NCBI GenBank assembly: GCA_951406725.2
Contig: OX597817.1
Coordinates: forward strand, 120,280,001-120,344,000
Source: Octopus vulgaris
Taxonomy: Eukaryota
Reading direction: 5' to 3'
DNA length: 64,000 bases
The notes beneath the pieces were generated by a model. It made no database searches. It worked only from the letters and a program-made list of their open reading frames with translations, and was not told the origin of the DNA. The number at the start of each line of letters is the position of its first letter. The stretch's first letter is position 1. Made by a program: the position numbers and the translations under genes. This document shows positions 24,672 to 36,124 of this stretch, one piece after another.

Positions 24672-27449
24672 GAAGAATAATTAATAATATTTATAAGCTA
24701 CAACCATTGTGGTATATGTCTTATGCAACAAGTGATGTTTTAGTGTTCCACCATTTTCACCAGTTTTATTAAGACCAATTAGAAACCAGCATTCTGTCAA
24801 CCATTTTGACAATGTAAACAGAAGCTCAAAACTGTTCTCTTTGAGTTCTTTGGCTTTGCCTCAACAGAATGCTTTTTTCAGTAATGACTCATCTGGCTCA
24901 CTTCACATAGAACTACAAGCAGAAATAGTCTTTTCCACTTTCATTCAACTAGCCTCAATACAAAATACATTTCAGTCAAATTAAATGCAAAATTTTTATA
25001 TCACTTTCACCCAAGTTACATGAGTTAACACAATATTCTATAACATGAATTACTTAACTTACGAATACAGATATGGACATTTTCTACAACATTTTCCATA
25101 TAATCCAAAAATCCTCACTTTTATCAATGTTGTAATTGGAAAACTATATATATATTACTTTTTATTTTGTAGGCATTGCTATTCATTTTTAAGCCTGTAC
25201 TAAAGAACCTTTGTCAGAACACATGCTGTTGAAATACTTTAAATTATAGTACCACTAAGCCAGAAGAAGCTTGCATTTCTGTTATGTATAATATAATGAA
25301 AAATATATATGTAAATTTACTGCTGTTATCTCAGCAGTGCATTCCGGTTTTTTTTTTTTTTTCTATCTACCAAAGTTTATGAAGTATGACTATATCTAAA
25401 AACTGATTTCCATTAAGGTCAAAAAGAGACTTATCTTTTATTTAGGAAATGGGAAAAAAAGAAGAAAATGAGATGATGTAATATTCACTGAATAAGTGTG
25501 TGTGTGTGTGTGTGTGTGTGCATGTTTGCATCTATATGCGTGATTATGTAAATGCAAATGGGCATGTGTAGAAAAAAAATCACTATTTTGAAATGTATAC
25601 AATTTATTATTGTATGATTATCTTTCCTCCTTAGAGGTTTATTTTATTAAAGTTACAGATATTTCTTGAATGAACTATTATTTTCTTGAATTGAACATTT
25701 TTCTCTGTTATAGCTTTTAGGTGCTATTTTCAATTTTACTTTCATTAAAAAGACATCATAGAGCACAGATAATCAATTCAATAAGTTATAGAGCAATCAG
25801 TTCAAAGTCAGGTAGTTCATATCACTAACAGTGTATTGTGTATTGTGTTCATAAGCAAAGAACTAATTAGAGGCACAACATACAGGATGATATAATTCAT
25901 TATTACAAGCAATTATTATGATACATAATTGTTAAGTGATTGTCATTAGATTGCAGGGAAATTTATCTATAATAAATTTGTTGTTTACACCAGTGGGAAA
26001 AAAACTCTCCCATCCAGAGAGAAATCATAGGTAAGAACAGACCCAATGAAATGCAGTGGTCTGAGATGGGACATATCAAAATTCAACTGTTTCTTTCCAC
26101 TATATTGTTATTTCTGTTTTGGTTTTTATTAGAAATAATTATCTTTTTTATTTTGTAAAGCAGCCAAGATGACTCAGGTGATTTAGTATTAAACTAAATG
26201 TATAATAGTATTATTTTCTTTCCTCTAAATTCTTAGTTATAATCTCACTTTTCATTGATCCACACTCAGAAAAATTAGGTATCAGTAATGTATTGGGATT
26301 GATTATCCCAAATACAAATCTCCCTTACAAACAGTGATCATTGTATTCAACTAAAAGAAAATACTGTCAGTAAAAACTTCTTTTAAATCAAACATATCTG
26401 TTTGATTATGAAACATAACAAAATTAAATTGGATTTTCTTTATTCAACATTATATTTCACTTTTCATTTTGCTATTGATAGAAATGAAATCTTTGAACAA
26501 GTGAAGCAAGTGCTTCTACCAATGGATTGTGTCTCCATTGGCAATTTCAATCAAGACATGCATTGATTTATTTTATAGCACATGGGGAGCAGTTGTCTTG
26601 AAATAGCATTCTAACTTAAAATTATTATTGTTTTTGTAAACAAAACTCAGCTCCAATCCATTTTCATTATTAAGATTTTAATTTGTTGCTCTTCCAGATA
26701 TCAGTGAATAACATCTGAAACAAATAGCATCTCAAATCCATAACTTAATATTTCTATTCATCAAATTACAGATTTATCTGATAAGTGTAAATAAAAATTT
26801 ATCAAGTATAATGATTATGAAGCTCAGTGTCATTGTTGGATAAAATTGTAACAATTATTATGCACATGCTCAAATTCACACACATATGTAAATGCACACA
26901 ACTTCATATGGACACACACATATGTACATGTACATCTGCACAAATTCATGCATATCCATGCATACACAATTGAGGATTAATCGAGATTTAATGAAAGAAC
27001 ATCAGATTTATGCATGGAAACTTTACTTAAATTCTTTTAATTACTGTCATTGTGTACTCTTGCCTTGTTTCTAGTTTTAATTAATAAATTGAATTTGTGC
27101 TCTAGAAGCTTAATTGATTGATGCTTCTAGGTATTTACTAAATGTGAATTTAAGTCCTACCTAACACTTATGTTTCTCATTGTGTCCGCTATACCAGTAT
27201 CCACTCTAATCCTGCATATAAAAGTATATACAAACACCAATATGCAACAAGCAAACATGCACACATATTTGTGAAAGTATTTATCTCTCTCTCTCTCTCC
27301 ATATATATATATACACGTTTTTATTATATAGATTCATAAAATCATGTGGATATTATGGAAAGCCTCTCTTGTAATCCAATGCAGAGTTCTATATAGCTGA
27401 AATCTAGGAGATCTGGTCTATGAAATCATTTTATGAGAAGTCTACAAAC

Positions 27450-27825
27450 AATAAAAAATACAGGAAGTATGAGTGGTAAACATATTTATTTAATCACTTG
27501 TCATCCTTATGATTATGGCCATTTTGCAGCCTTCATCATGTAATAATAATTTCAGGGTATAATAAATTATTTCAATTCTTAGTTGAAGGTTTGGTACAAC
27601 TATGATGTTCTCGTAATCTGATGAGCTAGCTTTCTTTATCTGCACCAAGATGTAAATATAGAATTGCATTGAATAATGTATAGCATGTATATACATGTAG
27701 ACATGTAAGATAATTTATTATACACCGAAATTATTATTGCATGGTGAAGGCTGCAAAACGACTAATCATAATGATGACAAGTGGTTAAATAGATAACTTC
27801 ACTACTCATACCTCCTACTTTTTAT
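27450..27825. repeat. Diverged inverted repeat (arms about 120 bp, spacer about 140 bp)
   Basis: 27450-27570 (..gtatgagtgg..cacttgtcatc..tttgcagccttca..tataataaattat) is the reverse complement of 27710-27825. Confidence 0.85.
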
Positions 27826-27849
27826 GGTATAAGCCTGTATCAGCTACAA

Positions 27850-28082
27850 TGTTGTCTGCTTTCCCAGTGTGAGTTGATTCGCTAGCTTCTGCACGCATTT
27901 TTTTTCTCTCCTTGTTTCTCTCCGTGTTTCTTTTCTGTGTATCTTTCTGTTGAAGAGCGTAGGCTCGAAACATAAAAGACTTGTTTTATTTATATTCCTG
28001 AGCGCCATACTAATACAATTGTTTGTTTGTATTCCACCTGCCTTCGTCTTTTGATTATTTTCATAAAGCTTCCCGTTATATA
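27850..28082 (+). mobile_element. Short HHR-bearing non-autonomous element (PLE pLTR/retrozyme-like), copy 1
   Basis: Pyrimidine-rich leader, HHR at 27942-27980, tail ending in (TA)n; homologous to 29325-29480(-) and 53900-54110(-). Confidence 0.7.
27942..27980 (+). ncRNA. Minimal type-I HHR with variant core CUGUUGA
   Basis: UCUUU-CUGUUGA-A-GAGC(GUAG)GCUC-GAAA-CAUA-AAAGA; stems I and II pair perfectly; stem III is probably ACGU with a CpG-decay change. Confidence 0.65.
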
Positions 28083-28092
28083 TATATACATA

Positions 28093-29274
28093 CACGAGGG
28101 TAAGTAAAAAATTATATACACTTTTGTTTATGTAACTAAAAACAAAAGCAAGGATTGAACAATTATATCCTTTATTGACATAGTCCCCTTGCTTTTCAAT
28201 TCACTTCTTCCAGTAGTCCACATGCTAGCTATTCCATTGGAGAAAAAGGTTTTCAGCTGGTTATACAGCCATTTATGTACAACTTCCTTTGCTTCTTTAT
28301 TTGTAACAAATCAACAACCTTGCAAAGGATGTCTGAAGAGTCCAAAATGATGACAGTCAGAAGTGGTGACACCTGGATTGTATGAGGGTATTCCAGCAAC
28401 TTGAAACTCAGTTTTTCAATAGTGTGGGTGTCCATTTGTTGTTGTGCAATGTCATACAACAATAACACTTGCTTTTACAATAGACCCTTGTATGTGGTAC
28501 AAATTGCTGATTTCAGTTTCTGGGCCAGCACTTTCCTTTAGGCTACACTGGTGACTGTAGACTCCTTTTCCAGGTAATGGTCCAAAATAGGCCGTTTTGT
28601 CCCCACCCCAATGGTTAGCATCACTTTTTCTGAAGAAGCTTGAGTCCTGAATTTCTTTTTCACAGGTGATTCCAGATGTTTCCACTTCATATCCTACCTT
28701 TTGAGTTCTAGTTCAAAATAATGGAGCTAGATCACATCTTCTGTGACTTTTCTCTCCACAAAATCTTCACCTTCATCATTGAAGCAGTTGACTAAGCATT
28801 ATCAGATCTCCACATAATTGCGCTTTTGATTTGGTAAGCTTTCTTGGCACCCATCATGCACAGACTTTATGGAAGCAAAGCTTGACAGATAATCTTGTAT
28901 GCAGTACCATGAATATTGTGCAGAATATATGCCATCTTATCGACAGTCACTCATATGCTTTTTCCTGTCAGCAGTAGAGGCTGATGGGCATCCTGTTCTA
29001 TGCTGGTCTGACCATTTTTAAACATTTTGATTCACTCATACAGGTATTCATTCAGTAGGGCATTGTCTTTGTATTGTACTAAAAGCTTGTGATGAATTTC
29101 AGCCCCTGACACATCTTCAGACCACAGAAATCAGGTCACTGATCTCTGTACTTCCTTACTTTGTAACACAAGAGAGAAAACTGGAGTGATCAACGTCAAA
29201 CATTAAGAGTAATACATTTTGATACAGGACTAATAAAATCAATGCTGCCAACCGAAAGTTTTGATTTATCCTTA
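28093..29274 (-). mobile_element. Decayed mariner transposon, near full length
   Basis: Minus-strand motifs WVPRKLT and PSYNPGVTTSDCHHFG (degenerate YSPDL motif); degenerate TIRs cgagggtaagtaaaaa / ttttgatttatcctta in TA context. Confidence 0.85.
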
Positions 29275-29324
29275 TACACACACACACATGTGCTTAGGTG
29301 TGTGTGTGTGTGTGTGTGGTTCAA

Positions 29325-29480
29325 AGTGTTTAAAAAACAAACAAAATACAGAGGCAAGTGAGAAAACAACAAACAAGGTGTACTAGTTAGTTTGACACAG
29401 AAAAAGTGGAAGAATTCTTTGATGTTTCAGGCATATGCTCTTATACAGAAAGGAATGGGAAGAGAAAATAAATTGAGATA
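29325..29480 (-). mobile_element. Short HHR-bearing element, copy 2 (degenerate core)
   Basis: Minus strand 29453-29416: CCUUU-CUGUAUA-A-GAGC(AUAU)GCCU-GAAA-CAUC-AAAGA; 3' end abuts (CA)n. Confidence 0.6.
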
Positions 29481-30226
29481 GAAAATACACTAATAAAGAC
29501 ATATGATCTCAGTTCCCTGGTGGCATACTCCACAAAACAGCACATATTTGGGAGCTTTTCTATGCTAATTTAGTTCACAAGCCTGTAGTACAAATTTGTA
29601 TCATTCTATAACATTTTTAATTGTTACAACCAGTAAAATGCAAATTAAGAAGTATAACAATAGAAATAGATATAGAGAGAACAAACAAACTTGAGAATTA
29701 TATTTAGATATATTATGGCTGGAGAATTATATTTAACCTATTCAGAAATTCAATAACAAGCAATGAGAATAATTTCCTCATATTGACTCCATTCTTGAAG
29801 AAGTGAACTGCTCCTTTATATCATGAGCCAGTTTAATTTTTCTTTCAGAAGAATTTTGAAAGCAAACTTACATTTTGTGAACAGTAATGATATTTTTTTG
29901 AATCAATGTGAGGAAAGTTGTACATATTTACATTAAAATAGAAAGGTAGTAAAACAAGGTCAACAGTGAGTAACAGTGCAATAAATCAATAACCAGAACA
30001 GCAAAACCTGTGGACTCCAGCAAAAATGAAAGAAAAGGTGTTGAAAAGTTTTTGATTCAAAATAACTGTAAGATGTTTTAGATTGGACAAATCACTAAGA
30101 ATCAGCTGTGCTAAGGCTCCAGAAGATCATAGGAAGTTTCAACAAGACAAATTTTTGCATGATAAATTTTATTCATATGATATAAATATATGCATATGTA
30201 TATGTGTATGTGTGTGTGTGTGTATG

Positions 30227-30527
30227 TGAAAGTGCACATGGCTTAGTGTTTAAGATGTTGCACTCATGATATCAAAATCGTGGGTTCGTTTCTAAGAGTG
30301 GGCATTGCGTTGTGTTCTTGAGCAAAGCACTTCATTTCACATTGCTCTGCAATCATTTTGACATCTTGATATGTGGCACCCATTGCACCTGTGCAGGTAA
30401 TGTCAATCTGATGGAGGGAGTGAGCTTATGTTTGCACAAACATTTGATCACTATAAACAAATCATCTGTGTGGTTGTTCAGTCAAAAACTATCTAACCTT
30501 CATACATTGCCTAATGACAGGAGACCA
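30227..30527 (+). mobile_element. CORE-like SINE (family D head, different 3' part)
   Basis: gcacatggcttagtg..gtgggttcg..gtgttcttgagcaaagcacttcatttcacattgctc. Confidence 0.75.
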
Positions 30528-30624
30528 TTATATATGTATAAATATAAGAACCATATATACATACAAATATATGCATAAATATAAGACCAATATATACATA
30601 AATATATATGCATAAATATAAGAC

Positions 30625-30626
<2 letters not shown>

Positions 30627-30672
<46 letters not shown>

Positions 30673-30697
30673 TTAGAGACAAAACCACTATTATTAT

Positions 30698-30757
<60 letters not shown>

Positions 30758-30782
30758 TTAGAGACAAAACCACTATTATTAT

Positions 30783-30832
<50 letters not shown>
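30627..30832. repeat. (TA)n tracts bracketing two identical 34-bp unique units
   Basis: atattaattagagacaaaaccactattattatgg at 30666-30699 and 30751-30784. Confidence 0.9.
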
Positions 30833-30838
<6 letters not shown>

Positions 30839-33800
30839 GTATCATATATATATATGTAAATACGTGCATAAACACACACACGTGCATGCACAAGTGATGC
30901 AGTGTAGAGTGTGAAGACTGCTTAGGGTGATCACTTTGTCGAGGGGACAAACATAATGTTGGAAGTATGTTACGTTTAAAGAAGGAGGCAGCCAATTTCA
31001 CTACTGCACAGGCCAGCCTAAACCCAGACAATGCCACTAATACATGCATACATACAGTTTGCAGATACACAGTATGTGTACACATGTAAAAATTACAAAG
31101 CAACACACAAACAATAATATATTCAAGGTAGAGTACACACACACACAAAGTACTTAAAAAATATTCATACAATTTATTCAAAAGTTTGAAATGTTTGTGT
31201 TATTTCTCAAAGTCTTGTAATGAATGTGGATGTTATTTCAATATTTGATACGTGTGATTTATATTTCCAATGAAATTATTTTTGCTGAGAATAATTTGTG
31301 TGAAAACATGCTTGTTAATTGTTGATAATTCAGTTTTCTTGAATCAAACACCTTAATGAATATATAATGAATTACATAAGCAATAGTATTTAAGTATCAT
31401 ATCTCAAAATATATAAAGTAAGCGTTTGATATTTGATTATAAGTACATGTCTCTATGAGTGTGAATATAACATACTGCATTTGCACAATATTTTGTGATT
31501 TAATTTAAGCTAAACTAAAATAAAATATAACATTACCTATCAAATAGCACTTGGTCAGAAAAAGAAAAAAAGAACGAAATGAAGAGGTATTGATTTCTTT
31601 GTTCATTTCCAGGGTAGAATTATAAGATTGTAAACATTACTCTTGGGAAATGATTTCATATTTCTACTAAAGATTTCTGTCTAAAATATGACAAGTTCCA
31701 TAACATAACAAAACCTAAGTAGAAAGAGTGAATTTTTTCTCTCTTTCACTCTAATTTTATATTGATTTATCATGATATTTTTATAATTTTATTTAATTTT
31801 TCATTACTGTAGATGAATATTCTGATTTCTAATATTATCTAAGAGGACTGGAAATAGTTGGAAAGAAATGTGTGCAAAAGAATAAAATGCTTAATACTAA
31901 ATTATAAAATCACCTTCTCTTCTGGAAATAGCCAAATGATCTGATAAATTTAATCAGGTTTTTAAGTGGTACAACACAGAAACGTGTCTTTGCATTTTCA
32001 GATTGCCAAGATAAGTGAATATCCAAATATTTATTTTTTTTGCAAAGTGTCATTGCTTTATTGAATTAAAAATCCTTATACAAAAATATATGTACAGTTA
32101 CAAATACATACACGAAAGTTAACACAAATATTAGGCAACTTTACATAAAGAACACTTATATAAAGGCATGGATACACACTTTTGTATGCATAATTTAATA
32201 TAGCATCAAAGATGTATAACATGCATATTTTTTTGTTTAAAACAAGATCAATCCACCTAATTAATTTTAACTGCCAATTTTACAATAGTTTACTGGCATT
32301 TTTACACATGTTCAATAATTTAAAAGAAAAAGCAATTGATAGCCCACATTTCAAATGATATCCACTCACTTTCTTAATAATACTATAAATATACACACAT
32401 TGAAAAGTATAGCAATGTTGAAACTGCATTTTAGTAATAACGAGGGATGCAACAGCTAAATTTATTGTTTAATGTATACATTTTTAATAAAAAATATATG
32501 CTCAACACAACAGGTTATAATTCTATGACTAACAATTGCATCATCTCTCTATATACACATAATATTTTGATTTTAAGGTTTTCTGAAATTCTTATACCAT
32601 ATCAAGCTGATTCATTCATCCCCTTGTAGTTATTAAAAGGCAAAGTTCATTCTGGTGAGGTTTGATCTTGGACCAAAACTAAACGAAATACCTTAAAGAA
32701 TATAATCTAGTGTTCTATCGTTTAATCCCCATTTCCATATATACAATAAGTGAAAACTAATGATGTTACAAGATTTAAGTAATGAACCAAAACTAATATG
32801 GATACACAATATGTGTGCAAAAGAAAATGAAACTGGATAAATAATATATATCTATATATATATATATATATACATACACACATATACATACACACATAAA
32901 CACATTTTTTAAAATATAGTTGAAAAGACCACCTGACACTTGTCAAAATGTCAAGATGCTTACAAAGAATTAAAACTAAACCCAGATAGCACGCAATGTC
33001 TACAACAAAAAAACAGATGCACACATGAGATTGATAATACTAGCCTTTGAAATATCACCAGAGAAAATGTCACATGCATCAGCACTAAATACAACCTAAA
33101 ATTAATAATATATTAAGAAAATAATAACAGAGTAACAACAATGACGGTCTGATTAAGCAAACCAATGTATTATATAGATTTATATGGCCACATAATTATT
33201 ACAAATGTCACAATATATTGACAATTTATAAAGCTACACAAAAAGATGATGAAATACGTGTGAGTTTGGCTTTGTGTACACATACATACATCCCCCATAT
33301 ATATATACGTATATATATGGCTGATCACATTGACATTGCTAAATTTTATCATAGGCCATTCTTATTTTCTAACAGCAAATTGATTTGATGCAGATACTAT
33401 TTTATGTGTGCTAAAAGGAGACACAGATTAACTTTAGTCAACAATTTCATAGTAGCCATGTATAAATATACTATTACAATGTCAATGTAAAATTTAAAAA
33501 GGGAAACAAAGTTTAACAATAACAGGGAAATATTATAGATAACTTTTACAAAACAATATTAAATATATTAAATACTTGTGTTATGAAAGATATCCAGAAA
33601 AAAGATTTTAGTTTTTTTAAGACTTTTCATGCTTTACAGTAATCAGCAAATCATGTGGATACAAAGGTTTTTTTTTTTATATATATAAGAAGCCTTTCAA
33701 TAAATCAGAGGGACATTTCAAGTCTATGCTTAAATTTGTTGAATGGCAACTTTTGTTTATTAATTCCAGAAAGTTTGCTGTCTTGTTCAATGTTTAATAA

Positions 33801-34772
33801 CAAATATCTTTTAATTAGGTTAGATGTCTATGATACAGACATATTACATATAAATGTACTAATGATTAAAAGAAGGTTTCCTATTGAACATAAAATACAA
33901 ATATTATTTAGAAGTATTGATATAGTATGCAAACTATGTAGCAAATGAGATAATGATTAAATAATAAATGTTTATATATGTGTGTGTATAAATGTAAATA
34001 ATAAGAATATAGGGAATTATAAATAAATTAAACCCATACGAACAATTGATTTGTGGCTATATTTCATTATTATTTCATTGGATTACAGAAAATTTGTTAG
34101 CAATGAAAACAACTTGCTAAGTGTACATAAAGTGTATCAAGTACTCTAAGTTGAATACATAATTATAAATTCAATACCCAATATTAAACATATCTATAAT
34201 CAAAAAATAAGCTCCAAAGTAAACAAAGTTACACTGATATGTTAATCTTAATGTAAATGTATCCTGCTAAAATATATCAAGTTACTGATAATGTAAATGA
34301 GAAAAAGAAAAACGTTGTAGTAATAGCAGTGTGTGCATATGTATGTATGTGTGTATGTGTATGTGTGTGCATGTATGTGTGTATATGTGTATGTGTGTAC
34401 ATATAGATAAATACGTGTAATACACACACATACATACATACATACACATGAATTGATATAAATAAAAATACAAGAAAATATTTATGAAAAGAAAGGAGGA
34501 GTAGATTGTATGAAAATACTTATTCCATGGTCAGGACACAAAATAGTAAACCCAATGGAAATTAATATTTCAAACAATATACTTTATAATATTAAAAAAG
34601 AAAACACCACACATAGATGCAGGTGCAGCTTACATTACCAGAAATGGCTGAGTGGTTAAGAAACTTACACCCCAGTTATGCAGTCTGAGGTTCAGTCCCA
34701 CTGCAAGATACCTTGGATGAGTCTCTTCTAATACAGCCCTGGGTTAAATAAGATTTTGTAAGTGGATGTAGT

Positions 34773-35051
34773 ATGGAGGCACATGGCCTAGTGGTTAGAG
34801 CAGCAGACTCGTAGTCGAGGGATCACAGGTTCGAATCTCAGACCAGGCAATGTGTGTGTTTATGAGCAAAACACCTAATGGCGAACTTCTGCTGACACTT
34901 ATGCCATAACTTCCTCTCACTCTTTCCTCCTGCATCTTGCAGCTCATCTGCAATGGACCAGCGTCCTATCCAGGTGGGGAATCTATACGCCAAGAAAACC
35001 AGGAAACCGGCCCTTATGAGCCAGGTGTAGCTCAAGAAGGAAGGAACAAAC
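34773..35051 (+). mobile_element. Family C-headed SINE nested in an older family A-headed SINE
   Basis: TSD aagtggatgtagt (34760-34772) / aagtagatgtagt (35052-35064); host SINE resumes with gacagaaactgaaag. Confidence 0.85.
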
Positions 35052-35403
35052 AAGTAGATGTAGTTGACAGAAACTGAAAGCCACCTATCATATATATGTA
35101 TATGTGTTGCATTGTCTCAACATCACATGATGGCTGTAAACAAGCATCCCCATACTGCATGTGATGTTCATTTCCAGTCTTCCATGGGAAACATGTCTAG
35201 CCATGGGAAATATTAGCCTGCTTGGAAATAGGTGAGGACTGACAACAGGTAGGGCATCCAACTGTAAAGATTTGTCTCAATAAATTCCACCTGGTAAGAT
35301 GCTGAAGAACATCAAAACAGATGGCAATGGCCATCCCCCATTACAGGGCCACCAAAAGTAGCAGGAGGGAGGAAGGTGTCCTCAAACTGATAGCTTTGCT
35401 TAA

Positions 35404-35625
35404 CCCTTTTGATACTAACTCACCTGACACTGTCCTTGATCCTTTGATACAAAATTCCTGTCTTAGAATCATTTAAATTAAAATCTTCCATCAAAACTTC
35501 ATGTTAATTCACATCCCAAATACCAGCTTAACAATGACTGAATTATTTTAATAAATTTTTCAATAAGTTAAGAATCAAATGAAACAAAGGCAGCACATTT
35601 CAAGAGAAATTTAGTAACAAAAGGG
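35404..35625. mobile_element. piggyBac-type MITE
   Basis: TTAA|CCCTTTTGATACTAA...TTAGTAACAAAAGGG|TTAA. Confidence 0.85.
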
Positions 35626-35918
35626 TTAAATATGTGCAACATGGTGGACTCTGCTAATGGAACCCAAGATGCCAATGGCTGAAATTAAACTGAGCAGCTG
35701 TTTAAGTCTACTACACAAAATGAATATATAGATTCTAATTCTTTTTCATGTTAATAATTTGCAAAGAGTAGTTTGAAATGTAAGCATGAAAGAAATTAAA
35801 TGAAATCACTAGAAATGTTATTTCCTAGATCAGAAAGAACTATTTCATTTAAAGAGATGTTAATCAGTTCTTTCTTTCTTTCTTTCTTTTTTTCCTGGTG
35901 ACCATGTTATTGTCTTAA

Positions 35919-36124
35919 CACATTGGCATTCAGATTACTCTATCAAATGTAATGCTTATTTACTCAAATTGTTTTGAATTTATAATGCATTATCTAATAG
36001 ATTCAAGATTTTGATGATGTGATTGCATATTTTTAGGGCAAGTGTGAGAGGCAAGATCAGGACAGTTGAACATAAAACAGGTAGAATATTTGAGGTGGAT
36101 ATGGCCGGTTTAAATGCGTAAAGG
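35919..36124. mobile_element. piggyBac-type MITE, second family, decayed
   Basis: TTAA|cacattggcattcaga...ttaaatgcgtaaagg|TTAA. Confidence 0.65.

Noticed and set aside
27618-27634. CTGATGAGCTAGCTTTC as a hammerhead
   Set aside because: No GAAA follows on the same strand.
30669-31181. Longest ORF in the track (170 aa)
   Set aside because: Kept open by (TA)n/(TG)n repeats; no protein-like composition.
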